A DNA stretch of 64,000 bases, from assembly GCA_028534125.1 (NCBI GenBank), contig CM052816.1, positions 89,158,001 to 89,222,000 of the forward strand, written 5' to 3'. The translations under genes were made by a program, and so were the position numbers. This stretch comes from Lama glama (Eukaryota). Position 1 is the stretch's first letter, and every line of letters begins with the position of its first letter. Below, in pieces: positions 1 to 13,205 of this stretch. The notes under the pieces are model-generated. The model saw only the letters and a program-made list of their open reading frames with translations. It did not search any database and was not told the DNA's origin.

Positions 1-50
1 CACTTTGTGGACTTGTTGATGAACTAGAAGATTAAAAGTGTGAAATCAAG

Positions 51-122
51 TAAACAACAAGGTCCTACTGTATAGCACAGGGAACTATATCAATATCTTG
101 TAATAACCTATAATGAAAAAGA

Positions 123-153
<31 letters not shown>

Positions 154-198
154 CTCACTAATTCAACATTGTAAATCAACTATACTTCAATAAAAAAA
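51..198 (+). mobile_element. 5'-truncated L1 3' end (cetartiodactyl/camelid family) with internal (TA)n, A-tail and TSD
   Basis: AACAACAAGGTCCTACTGTATAGCACAGGGAACTATAT...TGTAAATCAACTATACTTCAATAAAAAAA. Exact 13-bp TSD GTGTGAAATCAAG at 38-50 and 200-212, preceded by a TT/AAAA L1 endonuclease site. Confidence 0.9.
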
Positions 199-1336
199 GG
201 TGTGAAATCAAGGATAATATCTAGCATATTGGATTAAGAGCAAAAGTAAAGTGATTGACCTTAGATAAGAGTTTACCTATCACTGTGATATGAGGAGAGA
301 TTAAGAATATAATATACTAGATGCAAATAGCTTGCTAGATTTTCTGACAAGAAAATAGTTATTTTTTATTTCTATTTTTTAAATGGAATTGATTGCAGGT
401 CACTCATTGACAGAACAGAAAAAAAAAGATGTAGAATAAAGAGGCGAGATGCTTAGAAATGGTCATCTTAGAAAATTAAAAAAAAAGCAGTTTGGAAATA
501 CAGTACAATTACTAGGAAAAGCCATTTGTACACTTGAGGTCTGTGTTGTAAATTTAAAGACGGAACGACTTATAAAGTAGTGTGATATTTCTCCAGCAGA
601 TTAAAGCTGTAATAGAAAATTCTTACTTCCATCTTCCACCTACAACCCTCCAGTATACTCCCAGGTAGAGACACACAAGGCCACATACTGATACTTATAT
701 AGATTGTAATTTTCATAAAAGTTTGCAGGTTTACATGACTTTTGTATTCTGGAAGTAACTTTTTCACTTCTTAAACATCAACAAATTGTTTGAATCTTTT
801 CCAGTGGCATTAGTACACATTCATCTTTCTTTCCACATCCTAATATATCAAAATCAGTCAAAATTAGGAAGAAGCAACACCGATAATGTCCTAAAATGAT
901 TGCGCAAGTTTACCATAATGACTTTCAGTGTAAATAGTGATGATTTTGCAGGAAACATACTCAACAAGTGAATAGCTTCTTTTTACTTGTGTTCCTTTTC
1001 TGGATTTTTCTCTGTTTCACACATTCACTGTTGTGCTCTACAGGTTCTGTGATTGGCAAACCAATCCCCTTTATCTCTGGGCACTGATTTTTGTCCTCTG
1101 GAACTCTGAAATAGAGAAAATCTGTATCTTCCCTGAACAGATTGTGGATGGCCACAGATCCCTTCTTTAGTCCTGCATTTCCCTTTTTAGACATGTAGGT
1201 AATCTCAGTAGCACAAGATGTCAACAAGTGAACCATGTTACTATCTTCCCACATCATACCCTGTTTTCCTTTTGTAATTTATCTTCTTTATTACAATCAC
1301 TTTGAACTCAGTAACATTTAGGAAGATGGTGTGTTT

Positions 1337-1381
1337 TGTGTGTGTGTGTGTGTGTGTGTATGTTTGTGTGTGTGTGTATGT

Positions 1382-1444
<63 letters not shown>
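1337..1444. repeat. Compound microsatellite (TG)n-(TA)n-(GA)n
   Basis: Directly visible: interrupted TG run, then TA run, then GA run. Confidence 0.97.
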
Positions 1445-3144
1445 CTTTGGTAAAATCATAATAGTAACTGAGAGGTTATGTCTATTTTTATAACTAATTG
1501 ACTGAGTACATACTGTGATACCAGAGCCTGTAACAGGTGGATCATACAAATTATCTCCTTCAGCATATGTAATCACAACTTCTCCTCCAGAAATGTACAA
1601 CTACAACATCAAAAGATAAGCAAACTGAGAGTCAGTCCTTTTCAATGTCAACACACTAAACAAGTGGCAATGCCAGAATCTGACCCAAGTTGATCTCTAT
1701 CTAAAACCTAAGCATTTGTTTTCAAGTCTCCTGGAAAGAACAGATTTTACAGTAAAAAAATCTATTATGCAATATAATCAGTGAAGTTGTAGGTGAAATT
1801 CAGAAATGGTTGATTAAATAGGATCAGTGCTTATTTAATAATAAAAAAGTTGTATCATTAGAGTCCTCTTATGTGCAGAGTAAAATTCAAAACATAGAAT
1901 TGTACAGGAAAGATTTAGGAGACTTTAGAAAGGAGAGGTTTGGGTTTGAAGAATGAGATGAGAAAACCATCAATGTCAATAGTGACTAGTTAGTAATGAT
2001 GGGCAGAACATACGTTTAGGGACAGTATGTGTCAAACTGCCAACTGTAAAATGTGAGTATTGGCAGCTTGGGGAACCTTTAGTTAGGCAAAGAAGGGCCG
2101 TGGCAGTTCCTTTCTGACAATGATGAGGCTTACATGTGTGTATCAGTAGGACTGCAGTATTCTGCTAACAATCTAACAGTACCTAGAGTTTTACGTGTCT
2201 ACTCTAAGGGCCAAACGCTCAGTAAAGCAATGAATTTAAAGCTTGAATTTTCACTGCTCTCCTGAGCCTGTCGTAAAATTCTTACAGCCTGTGGCGACCA
2301 AAAGCACAGGGCTTATATGATCCAAGAGCCCTGCAGAGAAATGATTCCAGCATGCCACACACCACTGACTTGCAGTAAAAACAGAAAAGAATTATAACAT
2401 AAGGTGTCCTGGGATACAGGTAAATGAAACCCCTTCTGATCTAACTAGTCTTCCTAGGGTCCCGAATTAACACTGGCAATGTGAAATTTATTTTGGACAC
2501 ACATTTCTAGACAATACTTCAGAGATACTGTTCTCTTTTTAGCTTGTTCTGTTCTTTATGGGGTTGATGGCCTCTATAAATTTTTGTCTGAGTTAAAAAT
2601 CATCAGGCTTTCTGTGATGATTCAAGTTTTCTTTAAAGGTAGCAATATAAATAACCTTTAATATATAGCAGCTGATCTTACTATTGTGCACTCAAACACA
2701 CATACACCTATGCATTCAGAAGATTATAATAGAGTTCATATTTCAATTTATTGCCTTCAATACAGTCTCTGACTTTCTTCATGATTAACTATACGTGCGT
2801 ACTACTTGGAAATCCTTTTATAAACAACTCAATAAGCAAGTAAGTGGTAAAGTACAACTAATTTCATATTCTCAAGTGAAAAACAAGCTTCTCATGCATT
2901 AAAATAAAAGAATAACACTTTATTTGCCAATTTTGCATACTATTGACTATGCTAATCTCTGCTGAGTTTATCTGAGCTATTTTCAGTCAGACATTTTTCC
3001 ATAGTGACCACACTATCATTGAGTTTCCAACTTTTACATTGCCAGCTTTTCTACACAAGAAAATTTTGTTTACCAATTAGCAATATAAAATTAAATTTAC
3101 TTCTGCTTTGAACTTTATAACTTCTTTCTTGTGACTAAATTTGC

Positions 3145-3198
3145 TTTTTTTTTTAAATTGGAGTATAGTTGATCTAAAAAAAGACACAAATAAACTAA
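3145..3198 (-). mobile_element. Miniature L1 insertion with probable 5' inversion
   Basis: Poly-T plus AATTGGAGTATAGTTGAT (reverse of the L1 terminus) is joined to ATCTAAAAAAAGACACAAATAAACTAATTT, an L1 3'UTR piece in the opposite orientation. Confidence 0.6.
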
Positions 3199-4208
3199 TT
3201 TTGGGTTTTGTTTGTTCTGGTCCCTTTAGATATAAGATTTGGTGGTTGTTTTAAAAAATGATATTTTTAAATCTATCAGTTCAAGATGAGTAGAGTTTTC
3301 TTATAATCTTCTCTGACTTCTTTTCTCTCCTCTCCTCTCCCATCCCTTCCTTCCTCTCTCCTTCCCTCTCTCACCACCTACTATGTCTTCATCAATGATC
3401 ACTGAAGAAACTTTTCTCTTGTCCTTAAGGGGCTGTAACAGCTTTGGCCATTAGTGTTATTCTCTGCAGATGACTCGCAAAATAATGTCTCCCCCTTGAA
3501 TCTATTTTCCAACCTGCAATTTCCTGTTGTCAAGTGACTTTGTATGATTCCTCATGGTGTCTGGCTAACACCCCAGTCAGTGCACTCCAATCTATTATAT
3601 TTCCCAACCAGATATTACTATTTTTTTTTCCTACTAATGACAGTGCTTTTTTTCCAGGACTAAGTTTGAAAGTTGATTCATTCCTAGCTGCATTATATTA
3701 TGGTTAATTATTTCTCTAAATAGCTATATAATACATTTACCTTTCTCTTTTCTATTCTTATACTGAGTTAAAGGTAATCATTATATATTTCTGGACTAAA
3801 GCTATAAATTGACCACAGCTTCATCATCCTGCAATACAGCACTCAGAGTGATAATCAACCATCACTTATTCAATCAGTATATTTCAGGTATCTATTAAGT
3901 CTTAGAAGGTGTGGGCAAGTGTCCCCACCAGACCAACTCCTTCCTTACATTGGGGTCCTGTTCTGATCTCTCTGTTCCTACACTTAAAGTGCAAAGCTCT
4001 CACAATGGTGTGAAATTTAAGCATTCCTGTTAATGAACAATCATCCTATCTGCCTAATTTGCAAAAGTTTAGGCAAGAGATGATGGTGGAATATGGTAGA
4101 CTATATGAAGAGAAAGAAATTGAGATAGAGCTCGATGGATGATGTGAGTATTATTAATGAAGCAAGATGAGTTGGCCCTGACTTACTGGGTTCATGGCAG
4201 TGATGGGT

Positions 4209-4369
4209 GAGGCAGCTTCATAAGCGGGCAGCCTCTACAGCTGCAGAAGTCCCACAACGGAAAGGCTCCATGTTACATTAATGCTTGTCGTGACCACCTT
4301 GAAAATCTTCATGGTCTGATGAATCCTCATATTTTCATTTTCACTCTTCATCAAATTGTACTGGTCCTG
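4209..4369 (+). mobile_element. MER91A-like hAT DNA transposon relic
   Basis: GGCAGCTTCAT...CTTGAAAATCTT...ATTTTCATTTTCACT...CTGGTCCTG follows the recalled MER91A consensus in order. Confidence 0.65.
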
Positions 4370-5534
4370 GGGGTGAGGACAAGAAAAAAAGTCGAAGCTA
4401 ATGCTCGAATTTTGTTTGGAAAATTGTGTGTGTGTGTGTGTGTGTACTTTATCGACTCCATTTTCCCACCTAATTTTAAACAAGGTGCTGTTGAAAGTAA
4501 TTTATCAAATTTTTAATATATGAAAAACACTGCCCATATATAGCTTATAGAATTTATAGTATTGCTTTGCATTTTAGTGGTTTCTTTCTAGTATTTTTAG
4601 CTTAAAACCAGACAATGTGTCTTACCTTTTTTCATATATGTCATTGGAACTTTCTATATGATACTGTATATGTATTTTCTGAATAAATCAATTCATGCAC
4701 ACATGTATGCTTATATATGTATATACATATATCTGTATGTAGAAATGTATGTATGTATACATATATAATGGTTATCTATAAGAATATTTAAAGTATTAAA
4801 TATACATAAATTTACAAGCACGTGTAGGTACAAACACATTTTTTTTTTGGCTAGAGGTGAGAAAGAAGCATAGGAACTTATGTTAACTCAATTTTCTGAA
4901 TGTCTTCTGATCATTAACACAATTTAAGTCCATTATATTTTCAGTTCACAATAACGTGCTGGGGAATGGATATGGATGGAAAATTATGAGAAGAAAACAA
5001 GGAAACAGTCAATAAAAATTCTAGTAATCACATGAACGGAAATTAAAACAATGAGATCACTTTCAGCCATTGAATAAACACATTGGAAAAGTAATATTCT
5101 TGCTCAGAAGTAGTGAGGAACCAATTAATCTTTTACTCTTTTCTAATGGTATTAAGGAGCAATAACATAATCATGCATGTTAAGAAATGTTCATTAATTT
5201 TACTTAGTAGTTCTGCTTCAAGGAGTCTATTCAAGTAGAACAGTCAGAGATCCAGAAATGGGTTTATAAACAGAAGCATTCGTGGAAGCATTACCTATAA
5301 TACTCCAAATTGAAGACAACATCAAATTTCAGTGACAGGGAAAAAGATGCAGTAAAGTTTATTACACAGATGCTTTGCAATACAATGCTGGTATTTTATT
5401 GAAAATGTTCAATAAGTGATTTTAATTGCATAAAAATCTAATATATTAAAATTTAAAAGACAAGATATATGCATTCGTTTTCAAAGTGTCTCAAAAGATG
5501 TCCTTAGAGCAAAGATTAATATGGTAAATTAGTG

Positions 5535-5608
5535 AACTGAGTTACTTGACTGTACACTTGAAACTAATACAATATTATAAATCAACTGTACTTTAATTTT
5601 TAAAAGAA
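5535..5608 (+). mobile_element. Short L1 3' terminal fragment
   Basis: AACTGAGTTACTTGACTGTACACTTGAAACTAATACAATATTATAAATCAACTGTACTTTAAT is homologous to the terminus at 149-198. Confidence 0.75.
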
Positions 5609-7954
5609 AGAGCATATACCACTCTTCTCTCTGGTCTGGTCATAAAAGTACATCAGCAAATTAAATACAATTCTGAAAAGATCAGTAGTTTAGTCAACCA
5701 GAAGTTCTGATTACTTGAATATTAAATAAGCCTTGTTTTTATAAATCAAGGTTATAGAATGATGTTAAATATTTGTTTCTTTTCTGGCATTGCAGATACT
5801 GTATACTGGGTGCAATATAATATTTCTTTGATAGTTAAGAATCTTAAAATACTTTAGGGTCATCAAAATGTCAATTTCCATTAGATAGCACCAGAAAGGT
5901 TCTCATATAGATATGAAAGGTTGAAAAGAATGAGTGCTGTCCCAAGGACATTGCATGAAAGCTGTATTTTCTTTTTTAATAAAAAGATTTTATTAAATAA
6001 TTTATTGGTAACGTGTGTTTTTCTGCTACAAAAGGGAGTGCAGAAATCAAATATGATTTATTTAATGGACACTTAGTGAGCACTTACAACTGAGACTCAA
6101 CTAATCTTTATTCAAAGCCTTTAAATGCCAAGAACTGTCCTAGACCCTTTCGTGTATATAAAACCCTTTAAAGGTTGCAAAAGCTCTGTGTAAAATGAGG
6201 GTGGTTTCTCAAATTACAAGTCAGGTAGGGTGTTCAGAAAATAAAACATGCTGATTAAGCAACTCTATATTTAATACAAGTGGTATGATTTAGTCCTAGG
6301 TTTCCCATCTCCATCTTTGGTGTAGAGTTATCTTCATTACACCAAGCTGCATTTATACATTTTAACATATTTCATCCTCCTTTGAAGCCTAAGAAACGGG
6401 CAATATTATGGATGTTTTACTAAAGAAGTAACTAAACACATACAATTACATAGCTTTCCAAATTTGTTTGATTCCAGATTCTGTTTTTAACTATGCCATA
6501 TTGCCTCTAACTATAACATAATCTGTTAAATGAGATATTGACAGATGTTGAAGTATTTTATGGCTTCAAAAAATGTAGGGACTAGTTGAACCTATTAGAG
6601 CAAGGTACTTTACTCAGAAAAAGTGAACTTTGTTCTGACCCCAGAAAGATGGATGAGGTAGGGGTAAGGTACGGGGGAAGAAATGAGTGGAGGTTATGTC
6701 AGGGATAAGTGAGAGAGTTACAGGTATTAGCTTTGTCCACTGAATGAATATATCATGATGCAGCTAACAGAAATATAAATTAACTTAAAAGTACTGGAAT
6801 TAGCTGTAGCTAAGTGTCCTTGACATGCCATTTTGCTGGTACATTCTCAATATTTTAGAGTTGACTAAGGTCATCACCACTCCCATTTTGATGCTTTGCT
6901 TTTATTAAGGACATCTGTCAATATTAACATTTTTGATAATCATATCACATAATTGATTTACACTAAAATGACTGTCAGTCGAATTAAAAATCTAAGTCTT
7001 ATTCACAAGTTTTCATTCAAAGACTTGTCCCCACTGCCATATTTTTAATACATTCATACTTTTGGACCCAGCTGTAGTATTTCTTCTTTGTTAGATTTGA
7101 GATAACAACCAAGTTATTCAAGACTTCTTAATTTTTTTCCAGTTCTTTATCCAAATACACTAGTTTTGGTATAAAATTTCTATGGATGACTTCAGTGTTC
7201 ATAGCACTGATAAAACCATGATCGTGTTTGGAGTTAGAACTCTGCCGCTTACTACTAGAAACATGCCTCCAAGGAAGCACCTCTTCTTTTCTAAACAAGT
7301 GAGAATGGTACCTTAACGAGCTGCTACAGTAAATAATTGCAGTAAAACTTCTCCGTGTGGGTTCTAATGAAATCAAGAGAGATAATGATGACATATAGAA
7401 ATATCATATCACGTGCATTCCCCCTATTTCCTGTCTAGAGTGTCTGTCATTGAAAGCGATGGGATTATTTTGAAATGACTATTATGTGAACGTGATACAG
7501 ACTCAGGTGACCCCACTGTTTTCTTTCCTTACTGGTATGCTCGTCTCTTTAGTAAATCACCTTATAACTTGGCCAGGTGACACATTTAGTTTGATAATTT
7601 CTTACCTATAGACTCCCTGTTCAATCATGTCTGAAACATGGGGGAAATATTGCTTATCTCTTATATTACTGCACTGTTTTCACCAAATCTTCAAACCTTA
7701 CCAACATGATTTCATATATCTTTTTAAAGTACTGGCAAGTACTTTGTGTGATCTTTGTCCAGAAATTAATCACTTAAAATTCAGGCCCATTAGTTAGCAC
7801 ATTTTTCACTTATCCTGGAACCCAGTGTCCTTATTCTATCATTTATAGTGTAACAAGGATTTATTTTTTGGAAATAAAATATTTACAATAGAAATTTAGG
7901 AGTTTTACTTTTCCCTTTATCAAGTATTAACACTGCCCCACTAGATCTATTTAA

Positions 7955-8040
7955 TTTTATTTACTTTTTAATCTTTTATTTTTGGAGGGGGAGGTAATTA
8001 GGTTTATTACTTTATTTTTTATCTGAACGTACAATGCTGG
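7955..8040 (-). mobile_element. 3' tail of camelid vic-1-type tRNA-derived SINE
   Basis: T-rich run followed by GGAGGGGGAGGTAATTAGGTTTATT, which I recall as the reverse-strand tail motif of the camelid SINE. The body is not visible. Confidence 0.6.
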
Positions 8041-8041
8041 G

Positions 8042-8274
8042 TTTTTTTTTAACATTTTTTTATTGAGTAATAGTCATTTTACAATGTTGTGTCAAATTCC
8101 AGTGTAGAGCACAACTTTTCAGTTATACAAGAACATACGTATATTCATTGTCACATTTTTTTTTTTTTGCTGTGAGCTACCACAAGAACTTGTATATATT
8201 TCCCTGTGTTATACAGTATAATCTTGCTTATCTATTCTACATTTTGAAATCCCAGTCTGTCCCTTCCCACCTCC
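8042..8274 (-). mobile_element. Young camelid L1 3' end running into a gap
   Basis: Poly-T then ATTGAGTAATAGTCATTTTACAATGTTGTGTCAAATTCCAGTGTAGAGCAC...; closely similar to the copies at 33.0, 43.0 and 43.6 kb. Confidence 0.9.
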
Positions 8275-8774
8275 NNNNNNNNNNNNNNNNNNNNNNNNNN
8301 NNNNNNNNNNNNNNNNNNNNNNNNNNNNNNNNNNNNNNNNNNNNNNNNNNNNNNNNNNNNNNNNNNNNNNNNNNNNNNNNNNNNNNNNNNNNNNNNNNNN
8401 NNNNNNNNNNNNNNNNNNNNNNNNNNNNNNNNNNNNNNNNNNNNNNNNNNNNNNNNNNNNNNNNNNNNNNNNNNNNNNNNNNNNNNNNNNNNNNNNNNNN
8501 NNNNNNNNNNNNNNNNNNNNNNNNNNNNNNNNNNNNNNNNNNNNNNNNNNNNNNNNNNNNNNNNNNNNNNNNNNNNNNNNNNNNNNNNNNNNNNNNNNNN
8601 NNNNNNNNNNNNNNNNNNNNNNNNNNNNNNNNNNNNNNNNNNNNNNNNNNNNNNNNNNNNNNNNNNNNNNNNNNNNNNNNNNNNNNNNNNNNNNNNNNNN
8701 NNNNNNNNNNNNNNNNNNNNNNNNNNNNNNNNNNNNNNNNNNNNNNNNNNNNNNNNNNNNNNNNNNNNNNNNNN
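8275..8774. other. Assembly gap (500 N)
   Basis: Run of exactly 500 N. Confidence 1.
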
Positions 8775-9071
8775 CCCCCCCCAAAAGTCCATTTTTGAGA
8801 TAATTTACATGCACTGAAGAAAACTAAAAGTGTATTTATCTAATTATCATGAGTAAGAAAGGCACCACTTTTTACAATTAATTACACATATAATTAACTT
8901 CAATTTATTTTCACTCTCTCTCCTTCATTTTCCTGCATCAATATTTTCCCAGTTCTCTGCAAATCTCAATCTGAAGTGTAATAACAGGATGATAAATGTT
9001 AACTTTATTACATCATCTTTAAGCTTACACTTAGACATAATATTTTTTAATCAATGTAAGTTTTCTCTTTT

Positions 9072-9140
9072 TTGTTTATTTTTTGAAGTATAGTTTATTT
9101 ACAATGTTTTGTTAATTTCAGGTATACAACAAAGTGATTC

Positions 9141-9178
<38 letters not shown>

Positions 9179-9453
9179 CTTTTCAGATTCTTTTCCATTA
9201 TAGGTTATTACAAGATAATGAATATAGTTCTCTGTGCTATATAGTAGGACCTTGTTATTTATCTATTTTATATATAGTAGGTTGTATCTGTTAATCCCAA
9301 ACTCTTAATGTATCCCTCACCTTCTTTCCTCTTTGGTAACCTTAAGTTTGTTTTCTATGTCTGTGAGTCTACTTCTGTTTTGTAAATAAGTTCATTGGTA
9401 GCACTTTTTTAGATTTCATGTATAAGTGATATCACATGATATTTGTCTTTGAC
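9072..9453 (-). mobile_element. 5'-truncated L1 3' end with (AT)n, same family as 51-198
   Basis: Reverse complement of the element at 51-198, extending further 5'. Exact 17-bp TSD TGTAAGTTTTCTCTTTT at 9055-9071 and 9454-9470. Confidence 0.92.
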
Positions 9454-9625
9454 TGTAAGTTTTCTCTTTTATTCTCTTAACAAAAATGCACAATCTGTAG
9501 TACTCGTCACCCAAGCACATAAAATAAATAGCTGAATAAATAGCTGCGAAGGAAAGTATGTATTGCTTCATGTTTCCCAGCTGTTTTTCTTTACATAAAA
9601 ATCACTTTTAAATTATTGTAATTTC

Positions 9626-9666
9626 TTTTTTTAAATTTTTTTATTGAAGTATAGTCAGTTTCAGTG
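9626..9666 (-). mobile_element. 41-bp L1 tail-only insertion
   Basis: Poly-T plus ATTGAAGTATAGTCAGTTTCAGTG, flanked by TGTAATTTC at 9617-9625 and 9667-9675. Confidence 0.75.
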
Positions 9667-12600
9667 TGTAATTTCAATACCCATTTCAATTAAAATTCAA
9701 TCACAGCGTCATGTTTGTGTAGTTAATTGTTCTAAGTGCTGAATTACAGCAAAGGATATTTATATATTTCATTTACATTCCTTCTTTATTGATGTTGGAA
9801 AATGTTGCATAGCAGCTTAGGGTAATTTCTAGGGTAAAATTGAGCGTGAGATGACATCTAAAGAGACAATTTCCTGAGTCTGTCTCTCAGAGAACAATCA
9901 CAGTTTAGCATTACAAATTTATCTTTCCAGTTTCTGTAGCCTGACCAGTATCAATCTTGTGTTGGATGCTTCTCTGTCACAAAGGAAAATGGTTCTTATA
10001 ACTCTCCCAAGGTAACACAAGCGGGGACTCAGGATCAGAAATGTCCATGCTTTCAGTTTCAGAGATTAGCTCTGTAATAAATTCTGCTGACTGATACACT
10101 GTCCAGTTTTTTGAAGTAATCTTTGACATAAGGAGAAAATAAACACCTGCCTACCACCTGGCTTTGCCCAAGCAGCACGTTCCCCATAGGCTCACTTACT
10201 TTTTCCTTTTTAACTGAAAATACAAGAGATCCACTAAGTGGCTGCCAGGCTTGCTTTTCTAGGGCAAGGGAAAGTTGGTGTGGTTCCAGAATATCAAACT
10301 TCAGAAGCCGTGTAAATCCATTGTATATTGCATCTTTGAATGACCCTAAGGCACCGGTGGACTATCCCCTGGTTGTTGAAGATAGCACATGGTACCGCAA
10401 TGTATATTGGTAAACATACTTTGTCTCTGGGATTCTGAAGCCAGATGTCACCTGTGACTATTAATCTAGGATATTCACCTAGGATATTAATTCATAATTT
10501 TTCTTTTTGTTGGAGGTGGATACCTTTTCCATTAATTAACATAAAATTAACTATGTGACTTGGAGTGCATCCCGAAGACGATTCTGACTGTTGAGTATTT
10601 TCGGGGACCATGGTGATAATCAAAAGAAAAATGTTTTTATATTTATAGATTGTTTAATTGAACTATATAAAATGGGTATCAATAAATGTATTTACTCCAG
10701 AAAAAAAATTGGGGATAATTTAGAGCCCTTAATCTGAGCACAGTCTCATAGATATAAATTCTCCCTCAAGGAATGTTTTTTTTTTTTTTCTGAAAATGGA
10801 TTGTATTGTTTGGTGTTGCTGACAAATTCTTCTGCATACTATCCCCACTCAGGAAAAGGGCTTGTTGACTTCCATTATGACCTTGCACTCAATGTGCTTA
10901 TTAAGGTCTTACCCAGGGAAAACCACCAAGGAAGGCTGGCAAAACACAGTGTCTTCAAGTGTGTCCCTAAGACACTCAGGGCTGGTGTCTCAGCAAAAGC
11001 TTCAGTAGTAAACTGATAGACATTTTATTTCATCCAACTAGAGGCAGCCAAATAAAAGAGTTCAGCTTCTCGAGAGAATGTCATCATGTGAAATTTTAAA
11101 GTTAAACTACATCACCCCTTACACGCCCAAAGTTCCACTTTTGGTCCCCCTTATTTTTCATAATTATTCTTTTCTTTGTGCTCCCAGGGTTTCATCAACA
11201 CAGGAAGACTTGAAATGGATTCTTTTCAGTAACCACAAATGAATAAGATTTTATGTCTGGTTACCATGCAAGGGAAATCTCATTTAAATCAGAAACTGCG
11301 TGAGAGCGAATATACGGAACATAATACAACACGGGCTCATTATTCTGATGCTATTGTTTCCCTCCCACTTTTCCCTGAGAGTTTAGATTTTGGAGATTTC
11401 CGAATTCTAATTGACCCCTAATATCTTCCTTAGGAGTAGCTATGCACTTAAATGTGTGATTCCTTCACAATTAAAAAATAATCCAAGCTGAGTGCTACTT
11501 TCATTGTTTCTGTTGGTTTGTTTCATCATACCCAAACCCCAACCTAAATTAAATCCTTCCACATGTCACATCACTCCAGCTAAATAAAGGTTGTCAAAAT
11601 AGCTCTGGTTGATTCAGAACATTTCTTCTTAGGTCCATTAAATTCCCTTGAAATACCATTTACCTTATCTTCTCCATTTCTTTGACTTTTCTTGAGGCAG
11701 GAGAAAAGAGGGACATGATAAGGCGTTACTAACCTTCATTAGAAATTTACTATGACTGAGCCACAATGGCACGGATGTTCACTTAATCTTTGCAGAGACC
11801 CTCTAAAGTGAAGATTACTGTCTAGATTTTAGAGAGATGCTTCCTGAGACTCTGAGAAATCAAACAGCTTAGATAGGTCCTGGTATAGAGGAAAATCTGA
11901 GACAGAATTTGAATCAATGTCTTCGGGCCTTTAGAGGGCTGGTTCCCTCTATGACACTACCTCTCTTGAGCTTAAGCATTCTTGTTCCTTTGAATCTCTG
12001 AACCTGAGTATTTATAGTATCACCTAACCAGAGGAAGTAATGCTGCTCTCTTAGTGGCTGCAATGACAGAGGGTCTTGTATAATTCTTAATGTATCTGCC
12101 AAGTTACCCTTGGAATAGCCATTCAATTTAGATAAACTCCCACACTTGTTTACTACACTGCTTTAAATGGGGATGCTTGATGTTCCTAATGAGTGAGGGT
12201 GGGTGACTTTGTGTTGGGAGAAAGGGCTCAAATCACATCACATCAATTGTGAACACAGCCAATCAAGCCTGAAGTCCTTGTTATCAAAAGCTATGTACAC
12301 TACAAATCATTTAAATTTATTCTGGAGTAATAAGAGATTAGAAGTTGTGGAGTGAGTGTGTGTGTTTGTGTGTGTGTGTGGTGTTAAGAGTTTTCCTGGT
12401 ACAAGTAAAGAAGCTAGGAAAGGCATTGCAGTTCCGATCCGTTTTCACAAATATAATGCTTACCTCCAAGGGAAAGCTCTACCTCTTATAGACCCTCCAC
12501 GTCTCGAGTACTTGGGGGTGAGGCATTAAAGGGCATTGCTCAAGCTAAATCTCACGGCTACCACCGGACTATGGATCACTGAGGAATGAGCCAGCAGTTG

Positions 12601-12749
12601 AATGTTTAGCAGGCTGTGACGACTTTGCACGGAAACAGGAAAATTTATTACCAGCCTGCCACATCAGTGCCTGCCCCTGCCTGCTTCTTTCTCTCCTTCC
12701 CTCCCGATGTCTACTCCCACTCCATCTGACAGTCAAACAAACCCCTTCT

Positions 12750-13205
12750 GGTCCCCGGTTTCCCCGCCCCCGCGGAGAACCGAGGGTCTAAACTGTCACG
12801 GAGTCCCGGCCGTCATTTTTCAAGAGCCGTGAGACTAAAGACGATGCCGCCGGTCCAGGGTTTTGATACTGTAATCATTTCATTAATGGCACTGCTCTGC
12901 GCGTGACCTTGCCCAGGGGGCTAAAGGGTGTCCCTTCTGCGGGCTGCAGAATTTTTGAGGTCCCCAAAGTAGGTAGGACGAGGGGGAGAAAAGGAGAGAG
13001 AGAGGGAAAGGCAGGGGCCGGGAGAGCCGGGGAGGAGAGGAAGGAGGAGAGACGCGGAGAGGAGAGGATCAGGCGGACAGGCTCCGCCAGCCAATCAGAG
13101 GCGCGCTCCGGAGCTGCAGCGCCCGAGCCGCGGAGCCCGGGGCTCGCAGGAGCGCGGAGCCCAGTCCGGGGCTCTCCGAGGACCGAGCCGCGGTGCCGCG
13201 AGCCC
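12750..13205 (+). promoter_or_regulatory. CpG-island promoter
   Basis: The only GC- and CpG-dense segment in the window. It contains GC box CCCCGCCCC (12762-12770), a GA-rich tract (~12975-13070) and NF-Y site AGCCAATCAG (13089-13098). Confidence 0.85.

Noticed and set aside
1241..1600. 119-aa ORF with HT, YI and SL repeats
   Set aside because: It is the translation of the compound microsatellite.
8148..8814. Long ORFs of 186-216 aa
   Set aside because: They are artefacts of reading through 500 N.
13066..13086. REST/NRSE-like motif (TCAGGCGGACAGGCTCC)
   Set aside because: Only a partial right half-site; the left half and spacing do not match the 21-bp consensus.
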